Below, piece by piece: positions 17,241 to 25,669 of a stretch of DNA of 64,000 nt. This DNA is from a virus (Duplodnaviria; Caudoviricetes), in the IMG/VR virus record IMGVR_UViG_2510461076_000001, positions 2,162 through 66,161 of that record. One strand, written 5' to 3'. Each line of letters begins with the position of its first letter. The first letter of the stretch is position 1. The position numbers and the translations under genes are program-made. The notes beneath the pieces were generated by a model that was not told the DNA's origin, ran no database searches, and saw only the letters and a program-made list of their open reading frames with translations.

Positions 17241-17980
17241 AGATTTGCTCGAAATGCGGGGTATCCAAGCCGCTTCACGATTTTTCTAAGAAAACCAAAA
17301 ATCCATCCGGTTTGAACCCGAGCTGCAGAGCCTGTGTGTCTGAGAAATCCAAGGCTTATTATCTTGAAAATGCAGGCCAGGCCAAAAAGCGGGCGAAGGC
17401 GTGGAGAGAGAAAAATCTCGATCGCGCAAAGGAACTCGGAAAGGCTCGTTATGAACGGACCGCTGACGTCGTGAAAGCCAGGTCCGCAATATGGTCTGCA
17501 ACCAATCCTGAGCGGCGAAAGACAATTGTCGAGGCATCCGCCCTGAAGAACCTCGAAAAGAAAAGAGCCGCTAACAAGGCCTATCGGCAGATTAAGGCTA
17601 TTACCGACCCAGAATCTGTCCGCGAGGAAAACCGTATGCGCGCTTCTATCAGAAGAAGCCGCGAGGTCGATAATGGCATATCGATCACCAGAGGAGAGTG
17701 GAGATCGCTAATCGATCTGTTTGAGTTTGGCACCTGCCTATATTGCAGAACATCAGGTCATAAGTTGACAGTGGATCATTGGTTGCCAGTCAAGCTCGGT
17801 GGGCGCACTGAGATGGGCAATCTCATACCATGTTGCAAATCTTGTAACTCCAAGAAGGGGGCCAAACACCCCGACGAGTGGAAGCTGATTATAGGGGCTG
17901 CTGAAAACCCAGCGGAAGGGATTTCAATCGAGCAATTCCTAGAGTGCTGCCGCCTTGATGAAGATGAGGTGGCAGCATGA
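17237..17980 (+). CDS. HNH endonuclease
   Basis: GTG start; KICSKC..CRAC N-terminus; CLYC..TVDHWLP..GG..NLIPCCKSCNSKK. Confidence 0.88.
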   Translation: MKICSKCGVSKPLHDFSKKTKNPSGLNPSCRACVSEKSKAYYLENAGQAKKRAKAWREKNLDRAKELGKARYERTADVVKARSAIWSATNPERRKTIVEASALKNLEKKRAANKAYRQIKAITDPESVREENRMRASIRRSREVDNGISITRGEWRSLIDLFEFGTCLYCRTSGHKLTVDHWLPVKLGGRTEMGNLIPCCKSCNSKKGAKHPDEWKLIIGAAENPAEGISIEQFLECCRLDEDEVAA

Positions 17981-18759
17981 GCAACCGCGCCTGGATGCCG
18001 CTCCATATCGCCGATTATCTGGCGGACACCGGTCACCTGACCGCGACTGAGCACGGCGCATACCTGTTGCTGATCATGCACTACTGGCAGAATGGCCGGT
18101 TGCCAGAGAACGAGCGTGTCATCGCCCGCATCGCCAAGCTGACGCCGGAGCAGTGGGAAGAGAGCCGGGACATGCTCGCCATGCTCTTTGGTCCTGGTTG
18201 GACTCATAAGCGCATCGACGCGGAGCTTTCGAAAGCCGACGATATCATCGAGAAGCGCCGCGCCGCCGCAGAATCTCGATATTCGAAGGGGAAAAACCAG
18301 CCATCAGATGCAAATGCAGTGCATGTGCAAAGCAAAAGCAGTGATACGGGCGTGCCACCGACAACCTCTGACCTATCCTCACTTCGTTCGGATCAAACTG
18401 AAAAAGAAACGCGCGAGCGCGACCAATTTTCGGATTGGTTTAATTCATGGCCTTCGGCTGCCAGCGACAACGACGATGATGCATTCGCGGCATGGCGGGA
18501 GCTGACGGACGCTGATCGTTCCGAAGCCAAGGCGAGATCGGCCGCATATGTCGAAGCAGCAAAGGGCGGAGGGCGTACCGCTATCTGCTCGGCCGCGAAG
18601 TACCTCCGCAAGCGGATGTGGAAGCGATTGGACAATCTCAAGCCCCCTGACAAACCGCCTCCGAAGGCCAACGGCCTTGCTCACCTGCAGAAACCTCAAA
18701 CCCGAGAAGAATACCTTGCTGAAGAGCTTGAGAAATCAGAACGGAGCTTCAAACGATGA
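17977..18759 (+). CDS. YdaU/DUF1376-family replication initiation protein
   Basis: WMPLHIADYLADTGHLTATEHGAYLLLIMHYW motif. Confidence 0.85.
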   Translation: MSNRAWMPLHIADYLADTGHLTATEHGAYLLLIMHYWQNGRLPENERVIARIAKLTPEQWEESRDMLAMLFGPGWTHKRIDAELSKADDIIEKRRAAAESRYSKGKNQPSDANAVHVQSKSSDTGVPPTTSDLSSLRSDQTEKETRERDQFSDWFNSWPSAASDNDDDAFAAWRELTDADRSEAKARSAAYVEAAKGGGRTAICSAAKYLRKRMWKRLDNLKPPDKPPPKANGLAHLQKPQTREEYLAEELEKSERSFKR

Positions 18760-19214
18760 TTGTTTCAGCCATGGAATTCACAAGCGCAGCGGAGATGCGA
18801 GCCCATGCAGCGGCGGTCCATGCCCGTTGTTTCAATCCTCCCGTCCGGCTCGTCCCGAAGCTTGAGCCTATCGTCGAGGAGCCGGCAATCCCGGTCTTTG
18901 CCAGGCAGCTTCCGACCTGGGAGGCGATAGCAACCAGCTTCGACGCCCATGTTGTCCAATGGAGAAACCGAATGGGCAACCAGCCCAAGGCCTACCTGAA
19001 GGATCGCTGCCGCGAGCTTGGTATCCCGTATGCGGTTATGGTCGGGAAAGACCGGCGGCGCAAGGTGTCAGACGCCCGTCATGTTCTGGTATGGGAGATC
19101 CACAACAAATTCGGCATGAGCTTCCCGGCGCTGGGCCGGCTGTTCGGTGGCAGGGACCACACGACAGCGCTCTATTCCGTTCGCAAGGTCGAAGCGATGC
19201 GAGGTGCAGCATGA
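18756..19214 (+). CDS. DnaA C-terminal HTH-domain protein
   Basis: SFPALGRLFGGRDHTTALYSVRKV. Confidence 0.85.
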   Translation: MIVSAMEFTSAAEMRAHAAAVHARCFNPPVRLVPKLEPIVEEPAIPVFARQLPTWEAIATSFDAHVVQWRNRMGNQPKAYLKDRCRELGIPYAVMVGKDRRRKVSDARHVLVWEIHNKFGMSFPALGRLFGGRDHTTALYSVRKVEAMRGAA

Positions 19215-19501
19215 GCACCGTCACGATCAGCGAAGACGAGTTTCTCCGCCTGAAGGAAAAGGCGGGTGAGACGGTCAAGCAAGGTGATCCAGCCCATTGC
19301 CGCGAACACGGCCACACGTGGAAATTCTTCGGTGGCGCCAATGCCGGATGCGGGCGCGATTGCGGATGCTCTATCGACGTCCATGTGTGCGTTGTCTGTG
19401 GCGATTGCGACTATGGCGAAACGGAAGAGGCCGAAGAGATCCGCGCAAAATGCGAGGAAGAACACGGGCCTTGGCCTTCTGAGGAGGAGATCGCAGCATG
19501 A
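19211..19501 (+). CDS. Cys-rich hypothetical protein
   Basis: ATGA-coupled ORF with multiple Cys/His. Confidence 0.6.
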   Translation: MSTVTISEDEFLRLKEKAGETVKQGDPAHCREHGHTWKFFGGANAGCGRDCGCSIDVHVCVVCGDCDYGETEEAEEIRAKCEEEHGPWPSEEEIAA

Positions 19502-19965
19502 CCCGTCTCGCTCGCGTCGACATGGATGCCGTCGCTCCGCTCTATCCAAGTGACAAGGTCGCCGGCCGGGTGGCCGCACGTGGGGAGCATTTCGAATGGG
19601 AGCCGGCTCGCTCTGGGAAAGTCCATTCCGATCTGCCATTGGCCCACCGCGCGCCGACGGAACGGGAATTGGCTGATCCGACATATGTCGACCTCAGTGG
19701 TGCCACGATCGGCCGGCTGAAGGTCATTGGGGTCGCGGCCGACGTCACGTCCCGCGGCAATCAGAACTGGGTCGTGCGCTGCGTCTGCGGTGCCTACGAG
19801 ACCCGGAAGGGTCGCTACATCAAGGCCTGCGCCGCCGGCAACAATCCGGGAAGCAGCGAGCCAATGTGCGACGCCTGCGGCTACACCCGCAAGCTCCAGC
19901 TTGGTTACCACAATCCGAAGAAGGCGGCCGCGGCTGCCGAGGCTATCCAGAACTGCATTCGATAA
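19498..19965 (+). CDS. Zn-binding hypothetical protein
   Basis: DLSGATIGRLKVIG..WVVRCVCG and CDAC motifs. Confidence 0.7.
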   Translation: MTRLARVDMDAVAPLYPSDKVAGRVAARGEHFEWEPARSGKVHSDLPLAHRAPTERELADPTYVDLSGATIGRLKVIGVAADVTSRGNQNWVVRCVCGAYETRKGRYIKACAAGNNPGSSEPMCDACGYTRKLQLGYHNPKKAAAAAEAIQNCIR

Positions 19966-19995
19966 CCGAGCGGCGGCTCACGAGAGGAAATTAAA

Positions 19996-20619
19996 ATGGC
20001 GGTGAACGAACAGTGGTATGTGATCCGGTGCGCTCCAGGGTCTCAGCGGAACGCGAGCGGCCAAACTGGCAAGCTGGGCGAGCCGGAAAGCATGATTGAG
20101 CGAACGTTGAGGAACGAAGGTTTCAGCGTCTTCATGCCGACGGTTCACTATGAGGTGCGGCACAATCGCACGAAAAAGTGGATCGAGCGCCGATACCCGC
20201 TGCTGACAGGATATGCCTTCGTCGACATGGCCGGTCGGAATTTTGAGGATGCTCGCCAGGTGGAAGGCGTGATGTGCTTTCTGCGCCGGTCGCGGACCTC
20301 CGGACCATACCGGATGCCGTCCCACGACATCGCAGTCATGCGCGCGGTCGAGGAAGAAAACCGGAATCTGATCTACACGCAGCGCGCCGAGCGTGAGGCA
20401 AGGGAGCGCAAGGCGCTTCACCTGACGACGCGCAAGGATCGGGAGAAGATCATGCCCAAGGACACGATAGCGATGATCTGCGGGCGCAATCCTTTCGCCG
20501 GGCTGATCGCGCGAGTTCTCGGACCGTCATCGCGCGGCAAGGTCAAGGCCGTGATCGAAACGCTGGACAGCTTGGTGGAAATAGACATCCCGCTTGAAAA
20601 TCTAGAGGCGGTAGCCTAG
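19996..20619 (+). CDS. NusG-family transcription antiterminator (phage late regulator)
   Basis: WYVIRCAPG, FMP, PLLTGYAFV, C-terminal KOW-like GPFAG-like segment; sits just before the late genes. Confidence 0.85.
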   Translation: MAVNEQWYVIRCAPGSQRNASGQTGKLGEPESMIERTLRNEGFSVFMPTVHYEVRHNRTKKWIERRYPLLTGYAFVDMAGRNFEDARQVEGVMCFLRRSRTSGPYRMPSHDIAVMRAVEEENRNLIYTQRAEREARERKALHLTTRKDREKIMPKDTIAMICGRNPFAGLIARVLGPSSRGKVKAVIETLDSLVEIDIPLENLEAVA

Positions 20620-20622
20620 TGT
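20594..20622 (+). promoter_or_regulatory. Putative late promoter in the 3' end of the nusG-like gene
   Basis: TTGAAA (20594-20599), 17 nt spacer, TAGTGT (20617-20622). Confidence 0.5.
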
Positions 20623-20629
20623 TATCGCA

Positions 20630-21110
20630 ACTGATTTGCCGCCTGATCCATCGGGGCTCTCAATGCCGACCGAGGGGCGCGCCCTTAAGCCGCTTGACGC
20701 GGTGTCTGGCGCGTGCGGTTTTCTCCCAAATCGCCTGCCATAGACGAAGCCTTGCGTTCCACGTGGGGTATTGATGTAGGCCTTGGTGGGTGCATTGAAA
20801 GCACCGGGAGCGCTATACCCGGAGAGACGTGGAAAGCGTCTCGTCAGCCCGCCCGGTTCGCCGAGGCGGGCTTTCTAGTATCCCAGAGGGGCCAAGGGCA
20901 AGCCGGATGACGACCGGCCGCTTCCGTGGCAAAGGCGGCACAAAGTGCCTGGCCCCGTTTCCCGAAGCCGTTCGCCGGTGAGCCATGTAGCCGGAAGGAA
21001 GATACGCGGGTCAGGCCGACCGCACGTCGAGGCACCAAGGACCAAACAAGCCCGCCGAAAGCTCTCGGGGCGTTATCGAGAGGCGGAGGTCTGCAAGCCT
21101 CCACAACCAT
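20630..21110 (+). ncRNA. Candidate structured late-leader RNA
   Basis: Dense series of hairpins and long-range pairings seen by eye; no plausible coding ORF with RBS. Confidence 0.4.
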
Positions 21111-21123
21111 CAGGAGAAGACGC

Positions 21124-21345
21124 ATGAGCGCACCCACAGTAAGAGCAAAGTTTCGTTGCAGCGGCAAGGAAGGCAACACCTGCTTTTTCCACACCGTCTG
21201 GTCCGAAGATATCCAGTCCGAGAACGGCCGGTTTACCGTCGCCACCCCATGGGGCGAGCTTCGCATGACCGTCGACAATCCGAGCGCTGCCATCCAGTTC
21301 GAGCCGGGGAAAGAATATTACCTCGACTTCACGCCGGCCGCCTGA
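21124..21345 (+). CDS. Hypothetical phage protein
   Basis: AGGAGA RBS; MSAPTVRAKFRC..ATPWGELRMTVDNP..FEPGKEYYLDFTPA. Confidence 0.75.
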   Translation: MSAPTVRAKFRCSGKEGNTCFFHTVWSEDIQSENGRFTVATPWGELRMTVDNPSAAIQFEPGKEYYLDFTPAA

Positions 21346-21363
21346 GATCGGAGAGGAGCGTCC

Positions 21364-21489
21364 ATGTCAAAGACCACCAGGGCGCTCCTCATCCTCGCCA
21401 TCGTGATCGCTGTCGCTTCGTTCGCGGCGACCCTCGTCGGCTGCGTCAGCTACCAGCCGCCCGGGCGGGATCTGTGGCGGGCGCTCTGA
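21364..21489 (+). CDS. Small lipoprotein (41 aa)
   Basis: GAGGAG RBS; MSKTTRALLILAIVIAVASFAATLVGC with lipobox LVGC; TGATG overlap with the next gene. Confidence 0.65.
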   Translation: MSKTTRALLILAIVIAVASFAATLVGCVSYQPPGRDLWRAL

Positions 21490-22109
21490 TGAACATGCCG
21501 CAGCGGCCCATGCCGCCAGAGGACATGAACGAGGCAGCCGAGATCCGGTTCGAGCCCGCTCATGATCTTATCGAATGGGCGCGGTCATCCTTCATCGATG
21601 AGGCAGCCGACCTCCTGAACGAGGATCATGCCCATCTCCGCTTCGCTTCGATCGGCGCCCTCTGGACAAACGTCCCCAATGGCAGGGCAGGCCGCCGGAT
21701 CATCGGTCAATGCGAGATGGGCTTACCGCCGGCCGGCAAGTGGTCGCGCGCCCGGATCGAATTGCAGTTGCAGCAGTGGTTCGGCGCAGTGCCCGACTTC
21801 CTGCTGACCTTCGATGCCCATTATGCATCAGTATGCTCGGATGCCGAGTTCTGCGCCCTCGTCGAGCATGAGCTCTACCATGCAGGACAAGAGCGCGATG
21901 TGTTCGGCGCCCCGAAGTTTCGCCGCGATGGCAGCCCGGCATTCGGCATGAGGGGACACGACGTAGAAGAGTTCGTCGGCGTCGTCCGCCGCTATGGGGC
22001 AGATGCCGCCGGCGTCCGTGCTCTCGTCGATGCAGCAAACAAGCCGCCTGAAGTATCCCGGGCCAGCATTGGCCATATATGTGGGACATGCCAGTTGCGT
22101 GTCGCGTAA
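21489..22109 (+). CDS. Phage putative metallopeptidase
   Basis: LVEHELYH HExxH motif; HDVEEFVGVVRRYG. Confidence 0.8.
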   Translation: MNMPQRPMPPEDMNEAAEIRFEPAHDLIEWARSSFIDEAADLLNEDHAHLRFASIGALWTNVPNGRAGRRIIGQCEMGLPPAGKWSRARIELQLQQWFGAVPDFLLTFDAHYASVCSDAEFCALVEHELYHAGQERDVFGAPKFRRDGSPAFGMRGHDVEEFVGVVRRYGADAAGVRALVDAANKPPEVSRASIGHICGTCQLRVA

Positions 22110-22130
22110 TTCCTGATGGTTTCCTGAAAC

Positions 22131-22589
22131 ATGGCAAAACTCAACCGCGAGCAGCAAACCTATGCCGTTCAGGCTCTCGCATGCTTCGATTCTCCGTCGG
22201 TTGTCGCTGCAGCTCTCAGGAAAGAGTTCAACGTCGTACTGACACCGCAGTCGGTAGAATCGTACGACCCGACGAAGAAGGCCGGTCGTAACCTTGCCGC
22301 TCGCTGGAAAGCCTTGTTCGAGGAGACGCGCAAGACCTTCCTCGAAGACACCGCCTCGATCGCGATCAGCCATCGCGCTGTCCGTCTCCGAGCTCTTCAG
22401 CGCATGGCCGACAAGGCAGAGACGCAGGGCAACATGGTTCTGGCATCATCGCTGCTCAAGCAGGCGGCGGAGGAGGTCGGCGGCAGCTACACCAACCGGC
22501 GCGAGCTGACAGGTAAGGACGGAAAGGACTTACCGGTACCAGTCTCGCCGGTGACGATCTTCCAGTTGCCCGACAATGGCAGGAGTTGA
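22131..22589 (+). CDS. Terminase small subunit (DUF2280 type)
   Basis: VQALACFDSPSVV, YDPTK motifs; ELTGKDG C-terminal motif; precedes TerL. Confidence 0.8.
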   Translation: MAKLNREQQTYAVQALACFDSPSVVAAALRKEFNVVLTPQSVESYDPTKKAGRNLAARWKALFEETRKTFLEDTASIAISHRAVRLRALQRMADKAETQGNMVLASSLLKQAAEEVGGSYTNRRELTGKDGKDLPVPVSPVTIFQLPDNGRS

Positions 22590-23979
22590 GGCGGGCGCGG
22601 CAGCCCAGACAGTCATCCGGCCGCAACCGGGCCCACAGACGACATTCCTATCCTCACCGGCCGATATCGCCATCTATGGCGGTGCAGCTGGCGGCGGCAA
22701 GACTTGGGCTCTCCTCATGGAGCCGCTGCGCCACGTCAGCAACCCAGCCTTCGGCGCGGTCTTCTTTCGTCGCAACCTCACGCAGGTCCGAAACGAAGGC
22801 GGTCTCTGGGACGAAAGCGAAAAGCTCTATCCGCATCTGAGCGCGTCACCGCGATCGGCGCCGGACCTGAGCTGGACATTTCCTTCAGGGGCGGGCGTCT
22901 CGTTTGCTCACCTCGAGCACGAGAAGACGATCTATAACTGGCAGGGATCTCAGATCCCGCTCATCTGCTTCGACGAGCTGACGCATTTCAGCGCAAAGCA
23001 GTTCTGGTACATGCTCAGCCGAAACCGATCGATGTGCGGGGTTCGGCCATATGTTCGGGCAACCTGCAATCCTGATGCGGATAGCTGGGTTGCCGAATTC
23101 ATATCCTGGTGGATCAATCCGGAGACCGGATTTGCCATCCAGGAGCGCGCCGGCGTCCTTCGCTGGTTCATTCGCATCGGTGACACGATCATATGGGCGA
23201 GCAGCCCGCAGGAGCTTGAGCACCACGTCAATCCGCTGACCGGCGAGCCTATTCCGCCGAAGTCAGTAACGTTCATCCCGGCCAAGCTCAGCGACAACGC
23301 TCTGCTGATGGCGGCCGACCCTGGCTATCTCGCCAACCTGATGGCGCAGCCGACCGTCGAGCGGGAACGTCTCCTCGGCGGCAACTGGAAGATCCGGCCC
23401 GCTGCCGGGCTGCTATTTCAGCGCGGTTGGTGCCAAGTCGTCGACACGATCCCGGCTGGCGTCCGCTGGATGCGAGGATGGGACTTGGCGGCAACGCCGA
23501 AGACGGAAGGCAATGATCCTGACGGCACGGCCGGCACGAAGGTCGGCAAGCTTCCGGATGGTCGCTACATCGTCGGTCACCACGTCAAGGCATTCATGTC
23601 GCCGAACGGCGTCGAGACCCTGATAAAGAATACCGCCGCCCAAGATGGTGACGAGACTGAAATCTCGCTGCCGCAGGATCCTGGTCAGGCGGGTAAATCT
23701 CAGGTCGCGAGCCTGATCAAACTCCTTGCGGGCTACACGGCAAGGGCAACACCGGAATCCGGCGACAAGGTCACGCGTTTCAGCCCGTTCTCAGCGCAAG
23801 CCGAGGCGGGGAATGTCCTCGTTCTGCGGGCGCCATGGAATGAGGACTGGTTCACGGCGTTGGAAGGCTTCCCTGAAGCAACCCATGACGACGACGCGGA
23901 CAGCACGAGCAGGGCCTTCAACGCTCTTATCAACGATCCGCCGACCGTTGCGATGTTCCTGAGGAATAAGAACCGATGA
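22576..23979 (+). CDS. Terminase large subunit
   Basis: Walker A GGAAGGGKT, Walker B ICFDE, RATCNP, C-terminal HDDDAD nuclease motif. Confidence 0.93.
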   Translation: MAGVEAGAAAQTVIRPQPGPQTTFLSSPADIAIYGGAAGGGKTWALLMEPLRHVSNPAFGAVFFRRNLTQVRNEGGLWDESEKLYPHLSASPRSAPDLSWTFPSGAGVSFAHLEHEKTIYNWQGSQIPLICFDELTHFSAKQFWYMLSRNRSMCGVRPYVRATCNPDADSWVAEFISWWINPETGFAIQERAGVLRWFIRIGDTIIWASSPQELEHHVNPLTGEPIPPKSVTFIPAKLSDNALLMAADPGYLANLMAQPTVERERLLGGNWKIRPAAGLLFQRGWCQVVDTIPAGVRWMRGWDLAATPKTEGNDPDGTAGTKVGKLPDGRYIVGHHVKAFMSPNGVETLIKNTAAQDGDETEISLPQDPGQAGKSQVASLIKLLAGYTARATPESGDKVTRFSPFSAQAEAGNVLVLRAPWNEDWFTALEGFPEATHDDDADSTSRAFNALINDPPTVAMFLRNKNR

Positions 23980-25364
23980 GCAATGTCCTGAGGCTGGCAA
24001 ACTACGCCCAGCGCCGGCTCGGCAGCATGTTCCCGGCCTTCTTTCCCGGCGCGAACGTCAAGCACGACTATTACAAGGATTTCGGCTGGCCCGAGACGCT
24101 CAGCTTCGACCAGCTCTATCGCATGTACCTCCGCAACGGCGTGGCGACCGCCGGCGTGGACAAGACCGCGCTGAAGACCTGGCAGGACGCGCCTTTCCTG
24201 CTCGAACAGGAGCGAGACGGTTCAGAGAGCGGCCCGCAAAAGGAAACGGATCTCGAAAGGGAGATCCGCAAGAAGTTTTCTGCGCTGCGCCTATGGGCAA
24301 AGCTTACCGATGCAGATCGCATGGCGATGGTTGGCGGATATTCCGGCGTCATCCTTCGGTTGAGGGACGGCAAGGTGTTCGACCAGCCAGTCGACACGGT
24401 CCCCGGCGGTCTCGATGGCCTTTATAAGGTCGACCCGGTTTGGAAGGGCCAGTTGACCGTCGCGGAATACGATACCGATCATCGATCGGAAACATACGGC
24501 GAGCCGGTCATGTACCAGTTCAACGAGGCAGCCATGACCGGCGACGCGAAGCAGAATCGCCAGCTTCGCATCCATCCCGATCGCGTCCTGATCTGGTCGG
24601 ACGACGGCACGATCTATGGCCGGTCGATCCTTGAGCCTGGCTTCAACGACCTGATCGACATGGACAAGGTCAAGGGCGCTGGTGGCGAGGGCTTCTGGAA
24701 GAACGCCAAGTCGGCACCGGTGCTCGAAGTCGACAAGGAAGCCAAGATTGCCGACATGGCGAAGGCGATGGGCGTCACGGTCGAAGAGCTCGCCGACAAG
24801 ATGAATGACCAGGTGGCCGACTATAACGCCGGCTTCGATCAGCTCCTGATGCTCATGGGCATGCAGGCGAAGCAGCTCAACGTCACGCTCCCATCGCCTG
24901 AGCACTTCTATGGCGTGCCGCTCCAGTCCTTCGCCGCGTCGATCTCCATGCCGGTGAAGGTCCTGGTGGGCATGCAGACGGGCGAGCGGGCCAGCCAGGA
25001 GGATGCGGACGAGTGGGCGCAGACCTGCATGTCGCGCCGGGCCAACGTCACGCACCCGAACATCATGGAGTTCGTCACCCGCCTGCAGCGCTTCGAGATC
25101 CTGCCGGAGAAAGACTGGTTCATCGACCAGGCCGACCTTACCGAGGCGTCGATGGGCGAGAAGATCGATCGAGCCGTGAAGATGGCTGACGTCAACCAGA
25201 AGACCGGGACCAGCGAGTGGGTGTTCACCCCCGAGGATATTCGCGGCGCGGTTGGATACGAGCCGTTGGACGAGAGCGACAAGTATCGAGATGAGGCCAC
25301 CGACGAGGAGAACGACGCCGCAGCCGGAGGCGTCACAACCAAGCCGAATGGGGGCAAGCCATGA
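23976..25364 (+). CDS. Portal protein (DUF1073 type)
   Basis: 462 aa directly after TerL; helical/beta pattern typical of the family. Confidence 0.8.
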   Translation: MSNVLRLANYAQRRLGSMFPAFFPGANVKHDYYKDFGWPETLSFDQLYRMYLRNGVATAGVDKTALKTWQDAPFLLEQERDGSESGPQKETDLEREIRKKFSALRLWAKLTDADRMAMVGGYSGVILRLRDGKVFDQPVDTVPGGLDGLYKVDPVWKGQLTVAEYDTDHRSETYGEPVMYQFNEAAMTGDAKQNRQLRIHPDRVLIWSDDGTIYGRSILEPGFNDLIDMDKVKGAGGEGFWKNAKSAPVLEVDKEAKIADMAKAMGVTVEELADKMNDQVADYNAGFDQLLMLMGMQAKQLNVTLPSPEHFYGVPLQSFAASISMPVKVLVGMQTGERASQEDADEWAQTCMSRRANVTHPNIMEFVTRLQRFEILPEKDWFIDQADLTEASMGEKIDRAVKMADVNQKTGTSEWVFTPEDIRGAVGYEPLDESDKYRDEATDEENDAAAGGVTTKPNGGKP

Positions 25365-25648
25365 GCGATACCATTGATCACATGATCGAACAGTATTTCT
25401 TCAGCAGCGAGCCCCACTCTGCGTGGGTGACGAAAAACAAGCGTGACACGATCGCGTTCATTCAACAGAACACCGGCGATCTCTCGCTAGTAGAAGAAGA
25501 TGGCCGTCAGAAATGGATGGCTCGACTACTGGGCGGTCAGAACATCGGCGACGCCTGCCTTGCCGCCTACTATTTGACGTCCGCGTCCAAAATACCGGTC
25601 CAGTTTGACGCAAACGGCACTCGATTTCTGATCGCAGAGATCGGTTGA
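25361..25648 (+). CDS. Hypothetical moron-like protein
   Basis: 95-aa ORF between portal and head genes. Confidence 0.55.
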   Translation: MSDTIDHMIEQYFFSSEPHSAWVTKNKRDTIAFIQQNTGDLSLVEEDGRQKWMARLLGGQNIGDACLAAYYLTSASKIPVQFDANGTRFLIAEIG

Positions 25649-25669
25649 AGCCGAATTAAAGGAAATCCC

